This document shows positions 43,330 through 50,896 of a DNA stretch of 64,000 nucleotides, piece by piece. How positions within the stretch are numbered: position 1 is the stretch's first letter; every line of letters begins with the position of its first letter. The stretch is from Eubacteriales bacterium. GTDB lineage: Bacteria; Bacillota; Clostridia; Oscillospirales; CAG-272. Position numbers and translations under genes: made by a program. The stretch is taken from contig JAZQYP010000025.1 of assembly GCA_045633625.1 (NCBI GenBank), forward strand, positions 19,313 to 83,312, given 5' to 3'. The notes below the pieces were generated by a model. It saw nothing but the letters and a program-made list of their open reading frames with translations, searched no databases and was not told the DNA's origin.

Positions 43330-44282
43330 TGAATAAGAGTGGTATTCCTTGGTGTGATTTTTCGTGGAATCCGATAACGGGCTGCAAGAAAAAATGCAAC
43401 GACTGCTTTGCACATAAAATTGCAAAGAGATTGTCCGGCTCGATACGGATAAATATTGGAAGTCCTGATATTCAAAAGGATCTGAAAAACAGATTGTTTG
43501 TTCTTGAGAAGCCCTTCCATTCCGAAAGAGGTACTGTGTCATTGTTTCCCGCAGGCTTTGATCCCACGTTTCACCGATACAGGCTTGGTATGATTTCATA
43601 TAAGCAAAAGCCCGCCAATATTTTTGTCGGAAGTATCGGAGATATGTTTGACGCATCTGTTCCAACGGAATGGATAACAGAGGTGTTTGAGGCATGTAAA
43701 AAAGCGTCCTGGCACAATTACCTATTTATGACGTGTAATCCTGAACGCTATACCGAGCTTGCCGAGCAAGAGCTGCTGCCAACAGGGGACAACTTTTGGT
43801 ACGGCAGTAGAATTGACTGCAACCAAGAAGTATTTTGCCGAGAGGGCTATCACACGTTTATTTGGATAGAACCGATAGAACGGTATGTGATTCCCGATGA
43901 GCTTCCACACTCTGAGTGGATAATCATTGGTTGCCAACCTCTGCTTCCGAGCAAGCGAAATATAGCCGACAAAGAACACATTCAGCAATTCATAAGCAAG
44001 ATCGGTGATGTTCCGTTGTTTATGAAAAGCAATGACAATATTAAGGCAGTATGGAAGGATAAATTGATATGTGAATACCCTATCCTTCTTAAGCGACCTC
44101 CCGATAAGCCTATCCCCCATTGCAACGAATGTAAGTATTGTCACAAGCTGCAAGAAGGAAAACGTGGAATAAGACACACCTGCACACACAGAAAAATATT
44201 ATCAAAGCATAAGGAAACAGGTGGACTTCATATTGATGGGCGTTATGCACGCACATCACCGCCCTGGTGTCCGAGAAGATAA
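43326..44282 (+). CDS. DUF5131 (phage Gp37/Gp68-like) protein
   Basis: The N-terminal GIPWCDFSWNPITGCKKKCNDCFAHK matches the family hallmark (IxW.d.tWNp.tGC....C..CyA). An extra Cys/His-rich tail is present. Confidence 0.6.
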   Translation: MMNKSGIPWCDFSWNPITGCKKKCNDCFAHKIAKRLSGSIRINIGSPDIQKDLKNRLFVLEKPFHSERGTVSLFPAGFDPTFHRYRLGMISYKQKPANIFVGSIGDMFDASVPTEWITEVFEACKKASWHNYLFMTCNPERYTELAEQELLPTGDNFWYGSRIDCNQEVFCREGYHTFIWIEPIERYVIPDELPHSEWIIIGCQPLLPSKRNIADKEHIQQFISKIGDVPLFMKSNDNIKAVWKDKLICEYPILLKRPPDKPIPHCNECKYCHKLQEGKRGIRHTCTHRKILSKHKETGGLHIDGRYARTSPPWCPRR

Positions 44283-44295
44283 GGAAAGGATTAAA

Positions 44296-44583
44296 ATGAG
44301 AAACATATTAGATGAATTATGGTATGGCAATATTACCCCATATTCTCAATGCAAAGTGAACACTCCCGAAATGAAAGAGCTTGCCGAGCTTATATCGCGG
44401 CATGAAGAGAGTTTTGAGAAAACTTTAAGCACTGAACAGAAAGAGGTATATGAAAAATACCACGAGTGTATGGATGATCTCAATTCAAAGTTCATTATTC
44501 AGGCGTTCAAATACGGCTTTCGACTTGGCTCAAGGCTGACGGCTGACGCATTATCACCTAAACCGCTTGAGCGAGAGGGATAA
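44296..44583 (+). CDS. Hypothetical helical protein
   Basis: AAGGAAAGGattaaa-ATG; 95 aa. Confidence 0.4.
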   Translation: MRNILDELWYGNITPYSQCKVNTPEMKELAELISRHEESFEKTLSTEQKEVYEKYHECMDDLNSKFIIQAFKYGFRLGSRLTADALSPKPLEREG

Positions 44584-44587
44584 GTAA

Positions 44588-45073
44588 ATGAGAACATATA
44601 CAACCCCCGAAGCGAACGGTTACTTAACAGAGGCAAAAGCGTGTGGCAAAATCGTAAAAGAGCTTGACAGACTGATCGACAAATACAAAAAAGCAGTCAA
44701 ACGTGAGGAAGCTGCCCGCAATGCAGAATTTGAGGAAGTTATGGGCTATCGAAGCGAGTATGAGATTCAGGAGGCATATGGCTGGGAGTTTATAACCGAG
44801 GCACAATATGACCGTTACCTTGAACTCTTCCGTAAAGGAAAGGCTGCGCTTGAGGACCACGAAAAGACGGTCAACGAACTAACGCTCTCTATTCTCGAAA
44901 AAATGAGAGGAGATCTTCGCACGGACCAAGCTCAATGGGAGTTTGAAGCCCTTACTCCGGAACAACAAGCTGCGGAGCGGAAACGGGCTGAGGAAAGCCA
45001 AAAGGCTTGGAAAAAGAAAATTGCCGAGCTTAAGGAAAAGCGCGGCGAAATAGAGTCGGACGTATCTGCTTGA
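44588..45073 (+). CDS. Hypothetical coiled-coil protein
   Basis: 161 aa, E/K-rich with a heptad-like pattern. Confidence 0.4.
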   Translation: MRTYTTPEANGYLTEAKACGKIVKELDRLIDKYKKAVKREEAARNAEFEEVMGYRSEYEIQEAYGWEFITEAQYDRYLELFRKGKAALEDHEKTVNELTLSILEKMRGDLRTDQAQWEFEALTPEQQAAERKRAEESQKAWKKKIAELKEKRGEIESDVSA

Positions 45074-45098
45074 AAAATCCGATAAAATGTGCTATAAT
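45070..45098 (+). promoter_or_regulatory. Sigma-A promoter for the HU gene
   Basis: TTGAAA - 17 nt - TATAAT with an extended TGc. Confidence 0.65.
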
Positions 45099-45129
45099 AT
45101 TTATACCAAATCTGAAAGGAGATCTTACT

Positions 45130-45405
45130 ATGAACAAGACTGATTTGATCAATGTAGTTGCTGCCAATGCAGGCGTTTCAAAAAAAGACGCCGAGGCTGT
45201 TATCAAAGCGACACTTGATGCGATCACTACCGCTATGACAAACGGTGAAAGTGTTCAGCTTCTCGGCTTCGGAGCCTTTGAGGTTCGTGAACGTGCGGAA
45301 CGTACAGGACACAACCCCAAAACAGGCGAGGCAGTTAAGATTGCCGCGTGCAAAATACCCGTATTTAAGCCGGGTAAGCCATTAAAGGATGCCGTAAATA
45401 AATAA
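45130..45405 (+). CDS. hup: HU-family DNA-binding protein
   Basis: MNKTDLINVVA...GFGAFEVRERAERTGHNPKTGEAVKIAACKIPVFKPGKPLKDAV is canonical HU. Confidence 0.85.
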   Translation: MNKTDLINVVAANAGVSKKDAEAVIKATLDAITTAMTNGESVQLLGFGAFEVRERAERTGHNPKTGEAVKIAACKIPVFKPGKPLKDAVNK

Positions 45406-45420
45406 TTACACCAATCAAAA

Positions 45421-45465
45421 ATCCCCTTGGCAGTTAATTTCGAACTGTTCAAGGGGATGTTTTTA
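45421..45465. terminator. Bidirectional terminator between HU and XRE genes
   Basis: atccccttg / caaggggat outer stem with an inner cagtt/aactg stem. GTTTTTA follows on the + strand and an A-run precedes it. Confidence 0.65.
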
Positions 45466-45774
45466 TTACTTTTGTAAGCCTTTTGCCAAAGAAATCAGGT
45501 TGTCCAACTGTTCACTTGATAAGTGCTTTGCTATTTCAAACAATTCGTTAGCCTTGGACGGATTAGCGGAGTCCAGATCAAAGAATTCACTTGGAGTTAT
45601 TCCCAAATACTCGCAAATAAAGAAGATTCCCTCCAAAGAAGGCTTTGATTTGCCTGTTTCGATGTTATTTATATAACCCGGATTCTGACCGATTGACAAA
45701 CTCATATCACGAGCAGAAACGCCCTTCTTTTCGCGTAACCGAGCAAGCCTTAAAGCAACGTCTTTCTCATCCAT
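45466..45774 (-). CDS. XRE-family HTH transcriptional regulator
   Basis: GAGGTGatgat-ATG. LRLARLREKKGVSARDMSLSIGQNPGYINNIETGKSKPSLEGIFFICEYLGITPSEFF. Confidence 0.75.
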   Translation of the reverse strand: MDEKDVALRLARLREKKGVSARDMSLSIGQNPGYINNIETGKSKPSLEGIFFICEYLGITPSEFFDLDSANPSKANELFEIAKHLSSEQLDNLISLAKGLQK

Positions 45775-45852
45775 ATCATCACCTCGCAACCTTTTTATAA
45801 TATTATACCCCACACACCAGCGAAAAATATTTGTTGTTGGGCTTTAATTCTG

Positions 45853-45881
45853 TTGAAATATTGGTTAAAAAGTGATATAAT
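45853..45881 (+). promoter_or_regulatory. Consensus sigma-A promoter for the SLOG-like gene
   Basis: TTGAAA - 17 nt - TATAAT. Confidence 0.6.
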
Positions 45882-45918
45882 GGATAAAATATTAGAAATC
45901 AACCCACAAGGAGTAAGT

Positions 45919-46389
45919 ATGAAACCATATACAGTATCTTTGTTCGGGCATAGGGATTTTTACGGACACAGACAGTTGGAACAACGGCTGATACCGATAC
46001 TCCGAGAGATAATTCGCAAACATGAGTTTATAGAGATCTATATAGGTCGTGACGGCGAATTTGATACCTATGCTGCCACTATTGTGAAGCGTGTTCAACG
46101 AGATTATGACGATTTTCACGCCATAGAATTCAATCTTATTCTTCCATACCCTAAAAAGGATATGGATGCCTTTGAAAAATACTATGACAGAGTGAATATT
46201 CCGATCAGCGCACACCCGAAGCTCGCTATTACGAAAAGAAACGAATGGATGGCAGAACAGTCGGACCTTATACTCTGTTATATCGAGCGTGAAAGCGGCG
46301 GAGCATATAGAGCCATACAGTATGCCAAGAAATTAGGAAAGGAGGTAATCAACCTTGCTGAAGAAACCCAACAAGATGAAATGGAATAG
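45919..46389 (+). CDS. SLOG/DUF1273 (YpsA-like) family protein
   Basis: AAGGAGtaagt-ATG. The layout SLFGHRDF...YIGRDGEFDTYAA...LILPYP...RNEWMAEQSDLILCY...GGAYRAIQYAKKLGKEV parallels B. subtilis YpsA as I recall it. Confidence 0.45.
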   Translation: MKPYTVSLFGHRDFYGHRQLEQRLIPILREIIRKHEFIEIYIGRDGEFDTYAATIVKRVQRDYDDFHAIEFNLILPYPKKDMDAFEKYYDRVNIPISAHPKLAITKRNEWMAEQSDLILCYIERESGGAYRAIQYAKKLGKEVINLAEETQQDEME

Positions 46390-46783
46390 TAAACAGGTCA
46401 AGCGAGACGTGCTTACCGCTTATCGTCGAATTACTTGGAAAATATGGGTGTATCTCAAAGCAAATCCTGACGTACTTGCTGAGAATAACAATCAAGAAGT
46501 TTTTGATGAAGTTGCAAGAATTCAAACCGAGATCTATCAGCGACGTAATCCTGATCAGACACGCGATGAAGCATTCAGTACTCAGGACTTCATTTCGGAC
46601 TTAGAGGCTAAGTACAATGCTGATGATTATTACTTTGAACAAGAGCTGATGGACTTGTTCAGACCGAGCGTAGAACATAATAAAGCATGGGGCACAAGAA
46701 TGTTCTTGGAACTGTTCTTTTATGCGGGTATGCCAGAGAGCTATACGAAATCGGTGCACCAAATGATAATTGATGAAGAATAA
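46355..46783 (+). CDS. Hypothetical protein
   Basis: AAGGAGGtaatcaacc-TTG. It overlaps the upstream gene by 35 nt; 142 aa. Confidence 0.4.
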   Translation: MLKKPNKMKWNSKQVKRDVLTAYRRITWKIWVYLKANPDVLAENNNQEVFDEVARIQTEIYQRRNPDQTRDEAFSTQDFISDLEAKYNADDYYFEQELMDLFRPSVEHNKAWGTRMFLELFFYAGMPESYTKSVHQMIIDEE

Positions 46784-46945
46784 ATATAGAGACATGATTA
46801 TGTAGGGGGGATTGTACATAGGAACAAGAAACCAATAAAAAACATTTGTGCGGTATAAAACTCTGTCTGTATCGGAGGTTTAGGGATTATTCGCAAAGAT
46901 TTGGTAAAATAATAGTACCAAGACCTAACGTAAGGAGAGTTTTTT

Positions 46946-47785
46946 ATGAAAAGAATTATAACTTCAAAAAGAATCAAAGACTTTGAAATCTATTTAAGAA
47001 ACGAAGAAAGGAGTAAAGCAACGATAGAAAAATATATGCGAGATGTGAGATATTTCACGTCATATGTTGGTGATGCAGAAATTGAAAAACAGAAAGTTCT
47101 TGATTATAAAAGTAAACTTATCGATGAATATGCTGTGGCAAGTGCCAATTCTATGATAGCGGCATTAAATTGTTTTCTTCGCTTTTGCGGTTGGCATAAT
47201 TTATGTGTTAAGCAATTCAAAATACAAAGAACTGTTTACTGTCCCGAAGAAAAGGAACTTACCCGTGAAGAGTATATTCGTTTGCTTGATGCGGCAAGCA
47301 AAAAGAACAACAAGAGATTAAATCTTATCATTCAGACAATTTGCGGAACTGGCATTCGTGTAAGTGAACTTGAATATATCACTGTTGAGGCGGTGCAAAA
47401 GAGCGAGGCTACAGTTAATTGTAAAGGAAAGAATAGAAAAATATTTATTGTCCCCGAATTAAGAAAAAAACTGCTCCGTTATGCAAAGGAGCAGGGGATA
47501 TGTGTTGGAACTCTATTTATAACGAGAGGTGGGAAACCAGTCAGTAGACATCATATTTGGAAAGAAATGAAGGCTCTTTGTAAGCAGGCAAATGTATCGC
47601 CAAGTAAAGTGTTTCCACATAATCTTCGCCATCTGTTCGCACGCACTTTTTATGGTATAGAAAAAGACATTGCCAAACTCGCAGACATACTGGGACACGC
47701 AAGCATTAACACGACACGTATTTATATAGTAACCACTGGTGCGGAGCATAAGCGCAAAATGGAGCACATGAGGCTCATCATATAA
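46946..47785 (+). CDS. Tyrosine site-specific recombinase (short, XerC/D-like, no arm-binding domain)
   Basis: Catalytic pattern GTGIRVSEL (R), HNLRHLFAR (HxxR), LGHASINTTRIY (H..Y); 279 aa. Confidence 0.85.
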   Translation: MKRIITSKRIKDFEIYLRNEERSKATIEKYMRDVRYFTSYVGDAEIEKQKVLDYKSKLIDEYAVASANSMIAALNCFLRFCGWHNLCVKQFKIQRTVYCPEEKELTREEYIRLLDAASKKNNKRLNLIIQTICGTGIRVSELEYITVEAVQKSEATVNCKGKNRKIFIVPELRKKLLRYAKEQGICVGTLFITRGGKPVSRHHIWKEMKALCKQANVSPSKVFPHNLRHLFARTFYGIEKDIAKLADILGHASINTTRIYIVTTGAEHKRKMEHMRLII

Positions 47786-47822
47786 AGAAAAAATCCCGAT
47801 GCGAGCACACCGAGACCAAAAA

Positions 47823-47842
47823 CAACATAACGAGAGTTATGT
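47823..47842 (+). repeat. Recombinase-type core site copy A
   Basis: caACATAACgagaGTTATGT: 7-bp inverted arms around an asymmetric gaga spacer. Confidence 0.7.
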
Positions 47843-47854
47843 ACTTTCGAAAAT

Positions 47855-47874
47855 CAACATAACGAGAGTTATGT
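47855..47874 (+). repeat. Core site copy B (direct repeat of A, 32 bp downstream)
   Basis: A 20-mer identical to copy A. Confidence 0.7.
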
Positions 47875-47911
47875 GATATTAGGTATCCGACAAATTCCAG
47901 ATACATAAGTA

Positions 47912-47940
47912 ATTATACCACAAAAGCACGTAAAAATCAA
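47912..47940 (-). promoter_or_regulatory. Near-consensus promoter inside the IR-flanked segment, currently pointing left (away from the TetR/SipW operon)
   Basis: Minus strand: TTGATT (47940-47935) - 17 nt - TATAAT (47917-47912) with an extended TGg. Confidence 0.55.
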
Positions 47941-48013
47941 TAGGTTCAGCACAATTTATAAGCTCACTATAAAATTTTATTGAAATTGATATAAAAAATT
48001 GCATGACAAAAAC

Positions 48014-48061
48014 GCCTTTCGTATAAATTTTTCAAAAAATTATGGCGAAAGGCTTTTTTTG
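48014..48061. terminator. Bidirectional hairpin terminator inside the IR-flanked segment
   Basis: gcctttcg (48014-48021) pairs with cgaaaggc (48046-48053). T7 lies downstream and an A-run upstream; the loop is AT-rich and 24 nt long. Confidence 0.5.
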
Positions 48062-48118
48062 TTGCGCTCATTTTTATTCTGCTTCATTGTTTTTTTGCAA
48101 CGATTACCACTTTTATTA

Positions 48119-48136
48119 ACATAACTCTCGTTATGT
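48119..48136 (-). repeat. Core site copy C (inverted relative to A/B)
   Basis: acataacTCTCgttatgt is the reverse complement of the 18-bp core of A/B. Confidence 0.7.
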
Positions 48137-48280
48137 CGCTTTTTTACTCAGTGGACGGCATATTTTTAAGCTTCCTATGCAGATAGGATTTTTTTAGGAA
48201 TGTTTTGTAGTGTTCACTAATAGCCTTCTTGTTTTGAACAAAGTTTATCGGTTGCTGATGAAATGGAGGGGGATAACCGA

Positions 48281-48895
48281 ATGAGGTACGAGGCGGAAAT
48301 AAAAGAACTTCTAATTGAAAATGCAATACATCTTATTGCCGAAGGCGGCTTTGAAAAAGCGACAACCAAGGAACTTACTCACAGTGGAGGGCAATTGCCC
48401 GATTTCAAAATGAACGAGGTCTATATTTACCGTTTATTTGGTAGTAAAGAAAAGTTGTACGAAACAGCTTTCGTCCGTTTGGATGCAGAACTCTTACAAG
48501 CATTTAAGAATGGCGTAGAGCTTGTCGGCGGTTTTGATGGTGAACGTAAGAAAAAACTGAGCGAGTTTTTTATATTGGCTTGGAATTATATCTTGGGTAA
48601 CGAAGAGCGTTGCCGTTGTTACGTCAGATATTACTATTCGATCTATTTCAAGGGCGATTCCCGCAGATCTCATAAGAGACTTTTTGAGGGAATTATAACC
48701 GAAATGACTCCGATCTTCAAGGAAGAAGCGGATGTCGAAGCTATATTACACAGCGTTTTTACTGCGATGTTTGACTTTGCCATTCGTGTGTATAATGGTG
48801 AGCTTGAGGATAGTGATATTAACAGACCCCATATCTTCAACGTGCTCTACTGCATGATGGCGACATACTTCAAGGAGTCGGTAAAAGCGTCGTAG
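48281..48895 (+). CDS. TetR/AcrR-family transcriptional regulator
   Basis: N-terminal HTH LIENAIHLIAEGGFEKATTKELTHSGG with an all-helical remainder. An alternative start lies at 48263. Confidence 0.75.
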   Translation: MRYEAEIKELLIENAIHLIAEGGFEKATTKELTHSGGQLPDFKMNEVYIYRLFGSKEKLYETAFVRLDAELLQAFKNGVELVGGFDGERKKKLSEFFILAWNYILGNEERCRCYVRYYYSIYFKGDSRRSHKRLFEGIITEMTPIFKEEADVEAILHSVFTAMFDFAIRVYNGELEDSDINRPHIFNVLYCMMATYFKESVKAS

Positions 48896-48913
48896 ATTAC
48901 GTAGGAGATCGAA

Positions 48914-49153
48914 TTGAAAAATCAAAAAGAAGCAAAGAAAATTGAACAAAAAATTGAGAACAAGGTCGTGTATGTTGCTACGAGCACAAATACCTGTATT
49001 TCTTGTGGTAGAGAGATACCTGAAGGTATGCTCGTTTGTATGATGTGTGATAATGGGGTGTCATGTCCACGATGTGTATGCTGTGATGCACCCTTGCATA
49101 ACGGTCAATCTGTTTGTGCTAAATGCAGCGAGATCTTTCTGAAAAGAAGATAA
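48914..49153 (+). CDS. Small zinc-ribbon protein
   Basis: AGGAGatcgaa-TTG. CISCG...CMMCDNGVSCPRCVCCD...CAKC. Confidence 0.4.
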   Translation: MKNQKEAKKIEQKIENKVVYVATSTNTCISCGREIPEGMLVCMMCDNGVSCPRCVCCDAPLHNGQSVCAKCSEIFLKRR

Positions 49154-49201
49154 AGATAAATATCCTTAATATGTATGTGATTTTAAGAGAGGAGGATAAC
49201 G

Positions 49202-50881
49202 ATGCCAAAAAACAAAAAAGACTCTGAAAATCGATTGATAAAAGGCATTATGATTGCAGGGGAAGCCGTGGCGGGCTTCTTTGCCCTTGTCGGACAAAGG
49301 ATATGCAGCAGTGTAAAATTTGAAAAGGTGATTGGTAAGGACGATCCTAACGCCATAGGAAAACGCATCAATAATATGAAGCGAATTGCCGCAATGATCG
49401 GGCTGCTGATCATTGTCCTCATTATTATAATATTGTCGCTCCGCGGTTGCCAAGGCGGCGAATTGCCGCATGGTTCGGTGGATATCCCGGGCAACGTCAT
49501 CGACCCGATACCGTCCGTTGTTACTCCGAAAGCTGATTTGGAGTTTAACAACAGTAACGCCGAAGAAAACATTCCGTTTGAGGTGGAAGGTATGAACGGC
49601 GGAGATAGTGAGTGCATTCTTTACCGCGTAGTGGCTACATACAATTCGGATTTCGTTTTGAAATACGATATGACGATCCGTGAGGATGAGGAATTTCAAA
49701 AGCTTGCTGAAATACTGAAAATTAAGGTTGAGCTTGTGAAAACAGATGGTGAGGCGCTTTTGTATGACGGTCTGCTTACCGATATGTCGGCAGTTGAAAT
49801 AGATTTGAACGCCGACAAGGATACTACGACCGAGTATCTGTTCCGTATCACTATGTACCTTGATGCTCCGCTTAGTGAGCAGTATTACGGTCAAAAGTTG
49901 ATAGCCGATATGTCTTGGTGGATCGAAGAGCAGGACAATATTTCGATTGCCAACAATGAATTCACTACCATTTCAAAGACAATACCGCCCGATCCGCCTG
50001 CCATAATACCGAATTTGAGCTTTATTACGAAAAATGAAGGCGATAACACCGCATTTGATATGCGGCATATTATGAACAGCGATCGTCAGACAAGGTATTT
50101 TGCCTTTGAGGTGACTCACGGTGAAGATGTTAAGATGGCTATTACGAACGCCATCGTGACCGACAGCAAGCTGAAAGAGGTGCTGAAAGTCAAGGTCGAG
50201 CTTGTGGGTGAGAATGGAAACACCATCCTCTACGAAGGTCTGCTCAAAGATCTCAACGTAGAGCACACTCTCACTAAAAACGACAACAATAAAACAGCAG
50301 TTTATTATAAGGTTACTGTCATTGCTGACGGTTTGACGGAAGATTATTGCGAAACCAAACTTGTATGCGATCTCTCGTGGACGCTTGACGGCACGAGTGA
50401 ACAGCTTAAAGTGCCCAGCAACAGCTTTGTTGCCTACGATAAGCCTGTAACACCGCCCGATCCTCCTACACCGCCCGAGGTGGCAACGTCCATCGAATTA
50501 ACGGCGAAGGACGGATATGATAATGTTCCGTTTTCGGTTGACAATATGCTCCCCGGCGACAACGCAACGCAATATTACTGTGTTTCGGTCACACACGACA
50601 GCACCGAGACTGTCCGCTTCTATATCAACGTGGACACGGCGCAAAACCTAACCGCAGTAATGCGCGTGAAGGTCGAGCAGCTTATACCCGATGCAGAAGA
50701 TAAGATTCTTTACGACGGACTCATGAAGGACTGCACCGCTGTTGACGTAAGCGTTACGGCAAGCTCTGAGACCGTCACACCCATCTACTACCGCATAACC
50801 GTTTATACCAATGGAGCCGAGGTCGGAAACGAATACGTGGGCGAAAGCCTTACCGCCGATTTCTCGTGGCAATTACAGTAA
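49202..50881 (+). CDS. Membrane-anchored protein with three tandem TasA/camelysin-like domains
   Basis: GAGGAGGataacg-ATG. TM IAAMIGLLIIVLIIIILSL. Three repeats of about 125 aa are separated by PPDPP linkers, each with the signature LK(V/I)KVE(L)V...(I/L)LY(D/E)GL(L/M).D ... (L/F)SW. Confidence 0.5.
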   Translation: MPKNKKDSENRLIKGIMIAGEAVAGFFALVGQRICSSVKFEKVIGKDDPNAIGKRINNMKRIAAMIGLLIIVLIIIILSLRGCQGGELPHGSVDIPGNVIDPIPSVVTPKADLEFNNSNAEENIPFEVEGMNGGDSECILYRVVATYNSDFVLKYDMTIREDEEFQKLAEILKIKVELVKTDGEALLYDGLLTDMSAVEIDLNADKDTTTEYLFRITMYLDAPLSEQYYGQKLIADMSWWIEEQDNISIANNEFTTISKTIPPDPPAIIPNLSFITKNEGDNTAFDMRHIMNSDRQTRYFAFEVTHGEDVKMAITNAIVTDSKLKEVLKVKVELVGENGNTILYEGLLKDLNVEHTLTKNDNNKTAVYYKVTVIADGLTEDYCETKLVCDLSWTLDGTSEQLKVPSNSFVAYDKPVTPPDPPTPPEVATSIELTAKDGYDNVPFSVDNMLPGDNATQYYCVSVTHDSTETVRFYINVDTAQNLTAVMRVKVEQLIPDAEDKILYDGLMKDCTAVDVSVTASSETVTPIYYRITVYTNGAEVGNEYVGESLTADFSWQLQ

Positions 50882-50896
50882 AGGAGACAATGGTAT

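Larger units (their letters stand above)
4440..47874 (+). mobile_element. Putative integrative conjugative element (T4SS + Tad pilus + leading-region-like genes + tyrosine recombinase); boundaries approximate
   Basis: Co-directional block with VirB4, VirD4, VirB6-like, SSB, DUF932, a methylase-helicase and a recombinase at the right end. No flanking direct repeats were identified. Confidence 0.5.
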
